Positions 41,054-52,360 of a DNA stretch of 64,000 nt are shown piece after piece. The notes beneath the pieces were generated by a model. The model had not been told where the DNA came from. It worked only from the letters and a program-made list of their open reading frames with translations, and ran no database searches. Numbering within the stretch: the stretch's first letter is position 1; every line of letters begins with the position of its first letter. A program made the position numbers and the translations under genes. The stretch covers positions 2,232,001 through 2,296,000 of the forward strand of contig CDROCS010000253.1 of the NCBI GenBank assembly GCA_977020255.1. The letters run 5' to 3'. Source of the DNA: Obrimoposthia wandeli (lineage: Eukaryota).

Positions 41054-41336
41054 AGCTTAAATTTGTAAAATGAGCATCATATGAATTGAGCAGGTTATGT
41101 CCCCTTAATTTTTTAAAAGGTGATAACTTAATTTAGTTAATTGTTGCAGAGCTTAAATAAGCTATGGTTGATAAGCCTGACAGTTGTCATTGCTCTTTAG
41201 GTTAATCGGTATGATCTGAATAACATTGGCTTGCAGTATTAACGATATGCAATAGAAAGGAATAGACCAACGACAAAGTTTAATTAAATTAAATTAAGCC
41301 GTTGATTTTTATTTTTAAAGTATTGAGTGATTGGTA

Positions 41337-42221
41337 TTATTTAGAGAACACCACGGCTTTTTTACCGTGTAAGAAAATTCGATGTTCAATATGACAACGC
41401 ACCGCACGCGACAGCGTTAAACATTCTATATCTCGGCCTTTCGCCGCTAAATCTTGTGGGTAATAACTGTGATCAACCGTTTCAACCCCTTGGCTAATGA
41501 TGGGCCCTTCATCAAGATCATCACTGACATAATGTGCGGTAGCGCCCACTAACTTGATGCCACGGTCATAGGCTTGATAATACGGTCTAGCGCCCTTAAA
41601 ACCAGGTAATAACGAATGGTGAATGTTAATGGCTTTACCGGACAGTTTTTTACACATCTCACTCGAGAGCACTTGCATGTAACGTGCTAACACCACTAAG
41701 TCGGCTTCACAGTCTTGTATTATCTGCCAAACCTTGGCTTCTTGCGCGGGTTTCGTTGCCTTAGTGATAGGCAGATGGTAATAAGGAATGCCATGCCACT
41801 TGGCCAGCGCTTCTAAATCAGGATGATTAGAGATGATCGCCGGTATTTCTATATTCAGATCCCCCGTACGATAACGGTACAATAAGTCATTTAGACAATG
41901 ATCGTGTTTTGACACCATGATCACGACTTTGGATTTATAAGGGCTCGAGGCCAGTTGCCACTGCATGTCAAATTCACTGGCGCGTTGTTCGAATTGTTGG
42001 CAAAAATCGTCTCGGTTAAAGGCGGTTGCCGTATCTGTATCGGCTCTAAACGCGATACGAATGAAAAAACGCTGTTCGTCGGTATCATCAAACGAGTGGA
42101 TTTCATTAATATAAAAGCCTTGCTCAAACAAAAAACGTGTCACTACATCCACCGTGCCTGGTTGGCTAGGGCAGCTTGCGGTGATTATATGGGTTTGTGG
42201 TGTTGGGGTGATATCAGACAT
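41337..42221 (-). CDS. purU: Formyltetrahydrofolate deformylase
   Basis: ACT domain, VSK.DHCL.DLL, INIHHSLLP.FKGA.PY.QA and GATAHYV..DLDEGPII motifs. Confidence 0.95.
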   Translation of the reverse strand: MSDITPTPQTHIITASCPSQPGTVDVVTRFLFEQGFYINEIHSFDDTDEQRFFIRIAFRADTDTATAFNRDDFCQQFEQRASEFDMQWQLASSPYKSKVVIMVSKHDHCLNDLLYRYRTGDLNIEIPAIISNHPDLEALAKWHGIPYYHLPITKATKPAQEAKVWQIIQDCEADLVVLARYMQVLSSEMCKKLSGKAINIHHSLLPGFKGARPYYQAYDRGIKLVGATAHYVSDDLDEGPIISQGVETVDHSYYPQDLAAKGRDIECLTLSRAVRCHIEHRIFLHGKKAVVFSK

Positions 42222-42399
42222 GGTCGATCCTTTTTTACAGTGAAAAACCGCTGAGTTTGATTAATACTCTGGGTATAAGCAAACGTGAGCGGTTTTGTTA
42301 TGGTGGCTACCTATGCCTTCACGACCATTGAAATAACAAACAATGATCATGAAGGGAAGGGTGTTAGTTAAGCAAGCGTTAAGCAATACCTAAAAATAC

Positions 42400-42996
42400 T
42401 TAGACAATAGTTAAGCCGTATTCTTGGCTGCCTTGTTGTATCCATAACCACACGTAGTCAGAAAAACTACGGCGAACCACTAAATGGAACGTATGCTCAT
42501 CAATACGTAAAATGTGCGCACCTGTTTTGGCGAACGTCGTGCCAACCACTTTACCAACCGGAAAGCTGTCCAGATGAAAATCATAACCGGTCGATTTTTT
42601 CATCAGCTCAATAACATGGCTACCACTGATTTCGAGCAGGGTTTGCGCGCCACTGATATCACTGACGGCAAAATGACCTGTTAACGTCGCGCGCAGTGTT
42701 TGCTCAACCGCATATTCGCTGCCTGACGCAACAACAATCAACCATTCATCAGGGGCTAACCACATGATTTGAGCAAGGTCGCTCTTGGCACTACTACACG
42801 GTGTGATAGGCAATGCTACGCCAAGGGCTGCTTGCACGCCCGCCAAAAAGGCGGGGTCTTGCACGTTGCCACGTAAGTTAAGGTGGCCTAATAAGGCCGC
42901 CTCATGCAAGACAATACCACCTGAATTCGATTGACCGATTAAACGGTCAAGCTGCGCATGGTGCAGCGGGGATTCTACTTGTACTGAATTAGACAT
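42400..42996 (-). CDS. soxG: Sarcosine oxidase gamma subunit
   Basis: GHLNLRG, WLAPDEWL and VRRSFSDY.W.W; ATG overlaps the soxA stop (ATGTCTAA). Confidence 0.93.
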   Translation of the reverse strand: MSNSVQVESPLHHAQLDRLIGQSNSGGIVLHEAALLGHLNLRGNVQDPAFLAGVQAALGVALPITPCSSAKSDLAQIMWLAPDEWLIVVASGSEYAVEQTLRATLTGHFAVSDISGAQTLLEISGSHVIELMKKSTGYDFHLDSFPVGKVVGTTFAKTGAHILRIDEHTFHLVVRRSFSDYVWLWIQQGSQEYGLTIV

Positions 42997-45900
42997 TTTG
43001 ACGGTCTCCCTTTGGATCATAAAATACTGGGCTGCAAATTTCAGCTTCAACCGTGGTGCCATCACTTAATGGCAAAAACACACTCTGTCCCTTGCGGTTG
43101 ATACCACCTTTAACGACAGCTAACGCAAAAGAGTAACCCATACATGCACTGTAATAGCTGGAGGTCACATGACCTACCATAGTCATGGGAATGCTTTGAC
43201 CTTTTTCAAAGACAATTTGCGCGCCTTCAGGTAAAACAAATTTAGGATCTTTAGGTTTCAAGCCGACCATTTGTTTGCGATCATCACGTTTATTGTCATG
43301 GCGCGTCCAAGAGCGTTTGCCGATAAAGCTAAAGTCTTTTTTCTTGCCCACGACCCAATCCATGTCTAAATCTTGTGGCGTCACCGAGCCATCGGTGTCT
43401 TGTCCGACAATGATGAAACCTTTCTCTGCGCGTAAAATATGCATGGTTTCGGTGCCGTACGGGGTAATATTAAATTCTTCACCCGCGGCCATTACCGCTT
43501 TCCAGGCATGCATGCCATAATTGGCTTGCACGTTAATTTCAAAGGACAATTCGCCGGTAAATGAGATACGGAAAATACGTGCCTTAACACCGGCAACCGT
43601 CGCTTCGCGCCAATCCATGTACTTGAAACTGTCATTGCTGACATCAATATCACAGATTTTTTCTAATACTTTACGTGAATTAGGCCCTGAGATGGTCATG
43701 GTTGACCAATTGTCTGTTACCGTTGAGAAATACACCTCAAGCTCAGGCCATTCTGTTTGATGCCACAGCTCTAACCATTGCAATACGCCCGCAGCGCCGC
43801 CAGTGGTGGTGGTCATGATAAAGCGATTTTCGTCAAGACAAACGGTTACGCCATCATCAAAGACCATACCGTCTTCTTTACACATCAGTCCGTAGCGACA
43901 TTTACCGACGGCTAACTTGCTCCAAGGGTTGGTATAGACGCGGTTTAAAAACTCACGTGCGTCTTTGCCTTGAATATCAATTTTACCTAAGGTGGAGGCA
44001 TCTAAAATACCGACACTGTTACGTGTGGCCAAACACTCACGTTCAAGTGACTGTTGCATGGTTTCACCCGGCTGTGGGAAATACCAAGGACGTTTCCATT
44101 GACCCACATCTTCAAACTCAGCGCCATTATCAAGGTGCCATTTGTGCATAGCACTAAAACGGGCGGGATCAAATAAGTGCTTCACATCAGCACCCGCTAA
44201 GGCACCAAAGGTTGTTGGTGTGTACATAGGACGGAAGATAGTCGTGCCCGTTTCAGGAATGGTTTTACCTAACGATTTAGCCGTGATAGCCATACCGTTG
44301 ATATTACCTAGCTTACCTTGATCGGTACCAAAACCTAACGCAGTGTAACGCTTCACATGCTCGATAGACTCAAAACCTTCACGGTTTGCCAGCTCAATAC
44401 CGGCAGCGGTAACATCGTTTTGATAATCGACAAATTGCTTCGGTGCTCTGCTGGTTCTTTTACTGTGGGGCACGTGGAATAATGCCATTGAGGCATCTTC
44501 TTTTGGATCGTTAGTTTTAGGTAAGGTACCGCTATAACGTCCTTCACCTTTACCAGCCGCTTTAGCCGCGATAGCGCCGGTCGTGAAACCATTGCTTATC
44601 ACTTTTGATAAGGCGTAAACGCCTTCAAGGCCGCCACAACTGTGTTGGTTTTGCACCGTATCACCGGGGACAAATCCAGCCACGTCTTCGTTCCAGACCG
44701 GACGAGAGCCGGTGTGTGATGACAAATGTATCACCGGGCTCCAACCGCCAGAGCTGGCAACGGTGTCACAAGTGAAATGTTTTGCCGTGCCGGTAACGGT
44801 ATGATTAGCCGCATTGATGGGGGCAATATCAACCCCTTTCACACGTTTGCTGCCTTTGACTTCGATAACGCCATGACCAAAGATGACCGTAATGCCCAGT
44901 TGTTTAGCTTTCGTGACCAAGTCGCCAGTTGAATTGGCTCGCGTATCAACGATTGCGACGACATTGCGACCCGCTTGATGCCAATCAATTGCTGTTTTGT
45001 AGGCATTGTCATTGGTGGTCATTAACACCAATTGCTTGCCAGGGACCACATCATAACGATTAATGTAAGTGGACACGGCATTGGCTAACATACAGCCAGG
45101 TACATCATTATTACCGTAAACAAGCGGACGCTCATGGGCACCGGTGGCTAAAATGACCTGTTTTGCACGCACTTTATGCACACGCTGACGCGTGCTTTGT
45201 AATTGATGCTCACCTAAATGGTCGGTGCGACGCTCGTTAATACCGACCAAATTATGATCGTAATAACCAAAGACTGTGCTGCGTGGTAACAACATAACGT
45301 TGTCCATGTCGCTAAGCTGCGCCACGGTTTTTTCAACCCACTGACTCGCTGCTTGACCGTCTATTTGCTGGGTAGAGCATAATAAACTGCCACCAAATTC
45401 ATTTTGTTCATCACTAATGATCACACGTGCGCCGGTTTGTGCGGCGGATAATGCCGCTGCTAAACCAGCGGGTCCCGCGCCAACAATCATCACATCACAA
45501 TGGTGGTGCATTTTGTCATAGCTGTCGGGATCGTTTTGCTGTGGGCTTGCCCCTAAGCCAGCGCCTTTGCGTATTAAATGCTCATAAGACATCCATAACG
45601 ACTGTGGAAACATAAAGGTTTTATAATAAAACCCCGGTGGCATCATAGCGCCACCGAGCTTGCCAACAGTTGACATTAAATCAAAGTCAACATTGGGCCA
45701 GCCGTTGGTCGAGCTCGCGGTCAAGCCTTGATAAAGGTCAGTTTGCGTAGCGCGTGGGTTGGGAATAGTGGTGGCTTGTGTTGAGCCAATTTGAAAAATA
45801 GCATTGGGCTCTTGCGAGTCACTGGTAATAATACCGCGCGGACGCGAGTATTTAAAACTACGCCCGACCACATCAACACCGTTGGCCAGCAAGGCTGATG

Positions 45901-46012
45901 CGACAGTATCGCCTTCAAATCCTTGAAACTCTTTACCGTTAAAAGTAAAGGTTAAGGTGCGGTTGCGATTAATGCGTTTGCTGCTTGCAGCGATCCGATT
46001 AACTTGGCTCAT
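42989..46012 (-). CDS. soxA: Sarcosine oxidase alpha subunit
   Basis: RSFKYSRPRG, VGAGPAGL, KRYT..G.G.DQGK.GN and ETMHILRAEKG motifs. Confidence 0.96.
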   Translation of the reverse strand: MSQVNRIAASSKRINRNRTLTFTFNGKEFQGFEGDTVASALLANGVDVVGRSFKYSRPRGIITSDSQEPNAIFQIGSTQATTIPNPRATQTDLYQGLTASSTNGWPNVDFDLMSTVGKLGGAMMPPGFYYKTFMFPQSLWMSYEHLIRKGAGLGASPQQNDPDSYDKMHHHCDVMIVGAGPAGLAAALSAAQTGARVIISDEQNEFGGSLLCSTQQIDGQAASQWVEKTVAQLSDMDNVMLLPRSTVFGYYDHNLVGINERRTDHLGEHQLQSTRQRVHKVRAKQVILATGAHERPLVYGNNDVPGCMLANAVSTYINRYDVVPGKQLVLMTTNDNAYKTAIDWHQAGRNVVAIVDTRANSTGDLVTKAKQLGITVIFGHGVIEVKGSKRVKGVDIAPINAANHTVTGTAKHFTCDTVASSGGWSPVIHLSSHTGSRPVWNEDVAGFVPGDTVQNQHSCGGLEGVYALSKVISNGFTTGAIAAKAAGKGEGRYSGTLPKTNDPKEDASMALFHVPHSKRTSRAPKQFVDYQNDVTAAGIELANREGFESIEHVKRYTALGFGTDQGKLGNINGMAITAKSLGKTIPETGTTIFRPMYTPTTFGALAGADVKHLFDPARFSAMHKWHLDNGAEFEDVGQWKRPWYFPQPGETMQQSLERECLATRNSVGILDASTLGKIDIQGKDAREFLNRVYTNPWSKLAVGKCRYGLMCKEDGMVFDDGVTVCLDENRFIMTTTTGGAAGVLQWLELWHQTEWPELEVYFSTVTDNWSTMTISGPNSRKVLEKICDIDVSNDSFKYMDWREATVAGVKARIFRISFTGELSFEINVQANYGMHAWKAVMAAGEEFNITPYGTETMHILRAEKGFIIVGQDTDGSVTPQDLDMDWVVGKKKDFSFIGKRSWTRHDNKRDDRKQMVGLKPKDPKFVLPEGAQIVFEKGQSIPMTMVGHVTSSYYSACMGYSFALAVVKGGINRKGQSVFLPLSDGTTVEAEICSPVFYDPKGDRQNV

Positions 46013-46308
46013 GATTTATTCTCTTCATTAGCGGTGACGCTGGGCTGTTGACCCATTTTGTAAGTTTCCATGATTTGATAGGTCACGGTGTTTCGCGTAG
46101 CGTTGAAATATTTTCGACAACCGGCGGCGTGCAGCCATAATTCGTGGTGTAAGCCGCGTGGGTTTTTACGGAAAAACAAATAACGCGCCCATTGTTCATC
46201 GCTAATTTCTTCGGGTTGAAGGGGGCGCTTGATATGGGCTTGTCCAGCAGGACTAAACTCTTCTTCTTCGCGCATCTCTTCACAATAAGGACAGTGGATA
46301 AGTAACAT
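46009..46308 (-). CDS. soxD: Sarcosine oxidase delta subunit
   Basis: MLLIHCPYC, E.W.H.AGCRKYFN..R.TVT. Confidence 0.95.
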   Translation of the reverse strand: MLLIHCPYCEEMREEEEFSPAGQAHIKRPLQPEEISDEQWARYLFFRKNPRGLHHELWLHAAGCRKYFNATRNTVTYQIMETYKMGQQPSVTANEENKS

Positions 46309-46320
46309 AATTAATTCCTC

Positions 46321-47571
46321 TTAGTGGGCAACGCCGGCCGCGCCGTGCTCGTCAATGAGTTCGCCAGACGTAAAGCGATCGATGCTAAAGGGTTTCGCTA
46401 ACGGGTGTGGCTCATCGTGGGCGATAGTATGGGCAAAGACATGGCCTGCGCCAGGTGTTGCCTTGAAACCACCAGTGCCCCAACCACAGTTAAAGTAGAG
46501 TCCCTTGATGTGTGTTTTTGAAATAATAGGACAAGCATCAGGACAGGTATCAACAATACCGCCCCAAGCACGATTGAGTCGTACACGACTAAAGATGGGG
46601 AACATTTCAATAATCGCGGCAATGGTATGCTCAACGACATTGAATGAGCCACGTTGGCCATAGCCGACATAACCATCGATACCGGCACCAATAACCAAAT
46701 CGCCTTTATCCGATTGACTGACATAACCATGCACATGGTTTGACATCACCACGGTATCTAAAATAGGTTTTAACGGCTCAGACACCATCGCTTGTAACGG
46801 ATGGGATTCGAGCGGTAATTCCATACCGACCATTTTGGCGATAACGGTTGAGTTACCAGCGGCGACACACGCGACTTTATTGGCGGAGATAAAACCACGG
46901 TTGGTTTCAACGCCTTCTACTGCGCCGTCTTTACGACGAATACCAGTGACTTCAGTTTGTTGTAATAAATCCACGCCTAAGGCTTCAGCAGCGCGGGCAA
47001 AACCCCACGCGACAGCGTCGTGACGAGCGGTGCCAGCACGTGCTTGCCATGATGCGCCCATGACGGGGTAACGTGCACCGGTAGAGCAATCTAAAATAGG
47101 CACCATTTCTTGTACTTGTGCCGTGGTCAGTACTTCACCATCAATGCCGTTAAGACGGTTCGCATTGACGCGGCGTTCAATATCACGCATATCTTGTAGT
47201 GAATGACCTAAGTTTAAAACACCGCGTTGACTAAACATCAAGTTGTAGTTTAGCTCTTGTGCCAAGCCTTCCCACAGTTTTAAGGAATGCTCATACAAGT
47301 GTGAGGCTTCATCCCATAAATAGTTTGAACGCACTATCGTGGTATTACGCGCGGTATTACCACCGCCTAAATAGCCTTTCTCAACCACGGCAATATTAGT
47401 GATGCCGTGTTCTTTAGCTAAATAATAAGCGGTTGCCAGACCATGCCCACCGCCGCCTATGATGACTACGTCATAATGTTTTTTTGGGATCGGATTACTC
47501 CAAACCCGTTGCCAGTTCTCGTGATAAGTTAACGAGTGCTTTAACAAGCCAAATCCTGAATATTGTTGCAT
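46321..47571 (-). CDS. soxB: Sarcosine oxidase beta subunit
   Basis: [29 protein letters not shown] and [12 protein letters not shown] motifs. Confidence 0.97.
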   Translation of the reverse strand: MQQYSGFGLLKHSLTYHENWQRVWSNPIPKKHYDVVIIGGGGHGLATAYYLAKEHGITNIAVVEKGYLGGGNTARNTTIVRSNYLWDEASHLYEHSLKLWEGLAQELNYNLMFSQRGVLNLGHSLQDMRDIERRVNANRLNGIDGEVLTTAQVQEMVPILDCSTGARYPVMGASWQARAGTARHDAVAWGFARAAEALGVDLLQQTEVTGIRRKDGAVEGVETNRGFISANKVACVAAGNSTVIAKMVGMELPLESHPLQAMVSEPLKPILDTVVMSNHVHGYVSQSDKGDLVIGAGIDGYVGYGQRGSFNVVEHTIAAIIEMFPIFSRVRLNRAWGGIVDTCPDACPIISKTHIKGLYFNCGWGTGGFKATPGAGHVFAHTIAHDEPHPLAKPFSIDRFTSGELIDEHGAAGVAH

Positions 47572-47656
47572 GGTCTACCCTTTTTTCTCAATGGTATAAT
47601 TGGACGAACAAGGTGACCTAACTTAAGTTAACTAAGCTAGGTCGACAGTGTATTAC

Positions 47657-48910
47657 TTAACGATACACTGGGTTTTTATCACACAAGCCCAATACTTTAT
47701 TACGTACATCGGTAATGGTTTTTTCATTAGTAATGTCATCTAAGACATCACAAATCCAGTCGGTTAACTGAGCAACGTCCTCAAGACCAAAACCACGACT
47801 GGTGATAGCGGGAGTACCAATGCGTAGGCCACTGGTGACAAACGGCGATTGTGGGTCGTTCGGCACAGAGTTTTTGTTGACGGTAATATTGGCACGACCT
47901 AACGCGGCATCGGCGTCTTTACCGGTAATGCCTTTATCGATTAAATCAAGTAAAAACAGATGGTTATCTGTACCACCCGACACCACCTTATAACCACGTT
48001 GTTGGAATACTCGGGCCATTTCACGGGCGTTGTCGATAACTTGTTGCTGGTATTCAACAAAGCCTTCAGATAAGGCTTCTTTAAACGAAATCGCTTTGGC
48101 CGCAATCACGTGCATTAATGGGCCACCTTGACCGGCAGGGAAGACCGCTGAGTTAAGTTTTTTCGCTAACTCATCATTTTGTTTCGCTAAAATTAAGCCG
48201 CCACGTGGGCCACGTAATGTTTTATGGGTAGTGGTAGTCACCACATCAGCAATTGGTACCGGGTTAGGGTATAAGCCAGCAGCGACCAAACCCGCAACGT
48301 GCGCCATATCGACAAATAACCACGCGCCAATGCTATCGGCAATGTCACGAAAACGTTGCCAGTCAACCACACGAGAATAGGCGGAGAAACCAGCAATAAT
48401 CATTTTCGGTTGGTGCTCTTGGGCCAAACGCTCTACTTGCTCGTAGTCAATTTCACCAGTTTCTTCATGTAGACCGTATTGTACCGCGTTATAAATCTTA
48501 CCGGAGAAGCTTACTTTGGAGCCATGGGTTAAATGACCGCCATGGGCTAAGCTCATGCCGAGCACGGTTTCACCGGGCTTTAACAAGGCCATAAAGACAG
48601 CGGCATTGGCTTGAGAGCCAGAATGGGGTTGTACATTGGCGTAATCGGCACCGAATAATGTTTTGGCACGATCAATAGCGAGTTGCTCAATCACATCGAC
48701 GTGTTCACAGCCGCCGTAATAACGCTTACCGGGATAACCTTCTGCATATTTGTTGGTCAGTTGAGTCCCTTGAGCTTGCATAACACGGGCACTGGCATAG
48801 TTTTCAGATGCTATCAACTCAACGTGATCTTGTTGACGCTTATCTTCTTGCTGAATTGCTTGCCAAATGCTGTCATCGAAGCCTGCTATTTGATCATTTT
48901 TATAAAACAT
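47657..48910 (-). CDS. glyA: Serine hydroxymethyltransferase
   Basis: [37 protein letters not shown] and SGLRIGTPA motifs. Confidence 0.97.
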   Translation of the reverse strand: MFYKNDQIAGFDDSIWQAIQQEDKRQQDHVELIASENYASARVMQAQGTQLTNKYAEGYPGKRYYGGCEHVDVIEQLAIDRAKTLFGADYANVQPHSGSQANAAVFMALLKPGETVLGMSLAHGGHLTHGSKVSFSGKIYNAVQYGLHEETGEIDYEQVERLAQEHQPKMIIAGFSAYSRVVDWQRFRDIADSIGAWLFVDMAHVAGLVAAGLYPNPVPIADVVTTTTHKTLRGPRGGLILAKQNDELAKKLNSAVFPAGQGGPLMHVIAAKAISFKEALSEGFVEYQQQVIDNAREMARVFQQRGYKVVSGGTDNHLFLLDLIDKGITGKDADAALGRANITVNKNSVPNDPQSPFVTSGLRIGTPAITSRGFGLEDVAQLTDWICDVLDDITNEKTITDVRNKVLGLCDKNPVYR

Positions 48911-49036
48911 TTTCTTTCTCCGCGGGTAAACCCGCTGTAGTTCTTTAGTTTTGGATTGATTCGATATTAGCTTGCTAAATAGTGTGTAACCATTCCGCTA
49001 ACGTCTTTTTTAGATTCATTTACGACATAAAAAAAA

Positions 49037-49066
49037 AAGATGATATTTTAATTAAAATATCATCTT
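49037..49066 (-). terminator. Perfect 30-bp palindrome, likely gbcB terminator
   Basis: AAGATGATATTTTAATTAAAATATCATCTT, followed on the minus strand by a long T run. Confidence 0.7.
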
Positions 49067-49116
49067 CAATTGTTGCTAATAAGTATCAATTATTACGTTT
49101 GGAAAATTTGTAAATC

Positions 49117-50214
49117 TTAGTACTCAACCATTACATCACCTTGAGGGACACTACAACAGCTGAGTATATATCCATCAGCAACATCTTCCTCGGTGATGCC
49201 GCCGTTATGTGACATAATTACTTCACCATGAGTCTTTTTCACTTTACAGGTGCCGCATATGCCCATGCCACAGGCTTTAGGGATATGAAGGCCAACCATT
49301 GAGGCTGCTAAATGCACTGTGTCACCAGGTTGTATCTTGACTGATTTACCCGTCTTACTAAATGCTACTTCTATTAACGTATCATCATCGACCGACTCGC
49401 TTGCAGCATCTTCCATTTGTTGTTCTGCGTCGAGTTTTGCTTCTTCCGGTGGCGCACCAAAACTTTCTTCATGGTAATTTGCCATGTTAAAGCCTATTTT
49501 TTGTAACATCTTTTTGACGGCAGTCATGTAAGGCGTTGGCCCACAACAGTAAACGGTGCGGTCAAGAAAATCAGGCGCTATCATGCGAAGTTTTTGTTCA
49601 TCGAAAAATCCGGTATAACCACTCCAACTATCCCCAATATCATACCTTTCACAAATGAAATTGAGATTAAAGTTAGTTATTCTAGAGTCCATATACTCAA
49701 GTTCGCGACGATATATAATATCCTTAGGGGTGCGGGTACTATGGGCAAAAACCATATCAACCTCAGCGTTGGTATCAAACCACCAACGGGCCATTGACAT
49801 CACTGGTGTTATGCCAACACCACCAGAGAGTAGTAAAACTTTGTCGGCAGTAATATCAATGCAGTTGAATATACCTACTGGGCCATGCACCGCGATTTGA
49901 TCACCTTGTTTCAGGTTGTCATGTAGCCAGTTTGATACTTGACCCCCAGGCATTTTTTTTACCGTGATTGAAAAGCTGTATGCCACAGATGGAGATGACG
50001 AAATAGTGTAACTACGCAATACCTGCATACCGTCAATTTCTAATTCTAGTGTCACGAATTGGCCAGGTTTGAAAAAGTGCATCACAGGCTCTGTGCTGGT
50101 AAAGCAATAGGTACGAGCATCAACGGTTTCGTCAATCACTTTAACGCACTGAACATTGTGACGTCCGTTGGTCCATGTTTGGGTGTTAACGGAGTGCAGG
50201 GAGGTATTTGTCAT
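49117..50214 (-). CDS. gbcB: Glycine betaine monooxygenase reductase (FAD/NAD + 2Fe-2S)
   Basis: RSYTISSSP, GG.VSNWLHD, SGGVGITP.MSM, CGP.PYM and C.MGICGTC..C motifs; divergent from gbcA. Confidence 0.9.
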   Translation of the reverse strand: MTNTSLHSVNTQTWTNGRHNVQCVKVIDETVDARTYCFTSTEPVMHFFKPGQFVTLELEIDGMQVLRSYTISSSPSVAYSFSITVKKMPGGQVSNWLHDNLKQGDQIAVHGPVGIFNCIDITADKVLLLSGGVGITPVMSMARWWFDTNAEVDMVFAHSTRTPKDIIYRRELEYMDSRITNFNLNFICERYDIGDSWSGYTGFFDEQKLRMIAPDFLDRTVYCCGPTPYMTAVKKMLQKIGFNMANYHEESFGAPPEEAKLDAEQQMEDAASESVDDDTLIEVAFSKTGKSVKIQPGDTVHLAASMVGLHIPKACGMGICGTCKVKKTHGEVIMSHNGGITEEDVADGYILSCCSVPQGDVMVEY

Positions 50215-50338
50215 GAGTGGATCCAATATTATAGTTATGGCAATACGATGCGCTAAGAGCTTATTCATCACTTAACTAAAAGCGACATCAATGTAGTCGT
50301 TTTTACCAGCGCTAAAAATTATCCTTTGTGTAATAATT

Positions 50339-50352
50339 TTGATCTAGATCAA
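50339..50352. promoter_or_regulatory. FNR-type box in the gbcB/gbcA intergenic region
   Basis: TTGAT-CTAG-ATCAA, perfect match. Confidence 0.75.
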
Positions 50353-50379
50353 TTTATTTAATAATTACTTTTTTTGGCT

Positions 50380-50423
50380 GGTATTAATTCGCTTTTTGGT
50401 CGGTATTAATTCGCTTTTTGGTC
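50380..50423. repeat. Exact 22-bp tandem duplication
   Basis: GGTATTAATTCGCTTTTTGGTC x2. Confidence 0.9.
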
Positions 50424-50564
50424 GTTTTTAGGTAAACCGATTAACGCCGTGAGACTCAATATCTAACAACAAATAATATGAACACTTGATTGCTTAAAAT
50501 TGTTCATTTTAACTAAAAAAAACGACATCTATTTTGTCGAATATAAAGAACAGAGGAATTACTT

Positions 50565-51848
50565 ATGTCTTGCTCACATGAACACGAAAGTTTACTAGTT
50601 ACTTCACCAAATAAATCGGCTCAGGCCGTTGCTGATACGTTAGAAAAACACCCAATAACGTTCTCTTTACCACAGCAGTTTTATAGCGATGCTGATGTTT
50701 TCCAAGTAGAGATGGAACAAATCTTTTACAAAGAATGGTTGTTTGTTGGCATCACGGGAGAAATCCCAAGTAATGGTAACTTTATCACCTTAGATATTGG
50801 TGATAATCCGATCACTGTTATCAGAGATCAAAATGGTGAAGTACGCGCTTTTCATAATACTTGTCGCCACCGAGGCTCTAAAATTTGTTTAGTTAAACAA
50901 GGTAAGGTACCTAAGTTAGTATGTCCTTATCATCAATGGACTTACGAATTAGATGGTAACTTACTCTTTGCTGGCACTGAAATGGGCGATGACTTCGATA
51001 AGAATGATTATGGTCTGCACAAAGTAAATTGTCGTGTTGCTGGTGGTTATATTTTTGTTTCACTCAGTGAAGAACCAACAAATATTGATGGCTTCTTCGA
51101 TGATTTAACTCATTACCTCGAACCATATGATTTAGACAATTGTAAGGTCGCTGTAGAAAGCACCTTAATTGAAGATGCTAATTGGAAGTTAGTAATTGAA
51201 AATAACCGTGAATGTTATCACTGTAGCGGTAATCACCCTGAACTATTAAATACTTTATTAGAGTGGGATGATACTGAAGATCCTCGTGCTAGTGATCAGT
51301 TTAAGGCACAGGTAGCGGCTAAACAAGCAATGTGGGAAGCAGAAGGCATTCCTTATAAGCATGTTTCACATGGCCATGGTTTACGTAACCGCATAGTACG
51401 TATGCCGTTACTTGAAGGTACCGTGTCGATGACGATTGACGGTAAAGCGGGTTGTAAAAAATTAATGGGCCGTATTAAAAATCCTGATCTGGGGTCGATG
51501 CGAATTTTACACCTACCTAACTCGTGGAGTCACGCGATGGGAGATCATTTAATTGCCTTTCAGGTGATCCCACTAGGAGCACAAAAAACTCAAGTAACCA
51601 CCAAGTGGATAGTCCATAAAGACGCTGTAGAAGGTGTTGATTATGATGTTGCCCAATTACGCCAAGTATGGGATGCAACCAATGTGCAAGACAAAAGGTT
51701 AGCTGAGAATAATCAAAAAGGTATTAATTCTAAGGCTTACCAACCTGGACCTTACTCAACTACCTTTGAGTTTGGTGTGGTGAATTTTATCGATTGGTTC
51801 AGCCATACGATGCAAAGTAATATTAAAGCGTCATCTGAAAAAAAATAG
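50565..51848 (+). CDS. gbcA: Glycine betaine monooxygenase, Rieske oxygenase subunit
   Basis: Rieske CRH..CPYH, NWKL..EN.RECYHC..NHP and DVA.L..VW.ATN.QD motifs. Confidence 0.92.
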   Translation: MSCSHEHESLLVTSPNKSAQAVADTLEKHPITFSLPQQFYSDADVFQVEMEQIFYKEWLFVGITGEIPSNGNFITLDIGDNPITVIRDQNGEVRAFHNTCRHRGSKICLVKQGKVPKLVCPYHQWTYELDGNLLFAGTEMGDDFDKNDYGLHKVNCRVAGGYIFVSLSEEPTNIDGFFDDLTHYLEPYDLDNCKVAVESTLIEDANWKLVIENNRECYHCSGNHPELLNTLLEWDDTEDPRASDQFKAQVAAKQAMWEAEGIPYKHVSHGHGLRNRIVRMPLLEGTVSMTIDGKAGCKKLMGRIKNPDLGSMRILHLPNSWSHAMGDHLIAFQVIPLGAQKTQVTTKWIVHKDAVEGVDYDVAQLRQVWDATNVQDKRLAENNQKGINSKAYQPGPYSTTFEFGVVNFIDWFSHTMQSNIKASSEKK

Positions 51849-51935
51849 TAAATGAGGCATTTAAAAGCGTCTTTAACTAAATAGATTTTTAACTGTTTTG
51901 TAATAATGTTATAGAGTTAACTACTTATTCCCCCT

Positions 51936-51967
51936 AAAACCAGTGATATACATCACTGGTTTTTTTT
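51936..51967 (+). terminator. Terminator after gbcA
   Basis: AAAACCAGTGAT-ATAC-ATCACTGGTTTT followed by a T run. Confidence 0.85.
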
Positions 51968-52046
51968 GTCTAAATGTGGATTGATTTCAATTGATTATAT
52001 CAAGCGCATTACTTTATTTATCACTTAGTGAGCATCAAAAACCTTA

Positions 52047-52102
52047 CCTAAAGCTGTTTATAATTCCAGCTGAATTCTGCATCTTCAAGTGGAATGGCTA
52101 TA
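52047..52102. repeat. Partial ERIC-like repeat (one end)
   Basis: CCTAAAG..TTTATAATTCCAGCTGAATTCTGCATCTTCAAGTGGAATGGCTATA matches 17239-17294. Confidence 0.75.
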
Positions 52103-52154
52103 AGTCGGTACATGTTATTTCTGTGTCGTGTTTAGATACCTTGATCTAAATCAA
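52103..52154 (+). promoter_or_regulatory. Candidate GbdR tandem site plus FNR-type box upstream of the BCCT gene
   Basis: GTCG at 52104 and 52125 (21 bp apart); TTGAT-CTAA-ATCAA at 52141-52154. Confidence 0.6.
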
Positions 52155-52360
52155 CTCTGACTTAATGGGATAAGTTGATTTTTTCAATTAACTTGACAGC
52201 AAATTATTTTAAGTTGAACTCAAATTATAACTAAGTCACCTATTAATAATAACTGTAAATGCACAATTTTCATCTAGATGCTTATAAACTGATCCCTAAA
52301 TGAGCAGTTTATAGAAATCTATACTTTTACTTATAACAACTAAAAAAAAGGTGGTTTCTC

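Noticed and set aside
48911-49116. Glycine riboswitch upstream of glyA
   Set aside because: No GGAGA/CAGG/CTCTCAGG aptamer elements; the region holds the gbcB terminator instead.
41010-50423. 21- and 22-bp direct repeats as possible CRISPR repeats
   Set aside because: Only two adjacent units each, no spacers and no cas genes; they fit operators or a local duplication.
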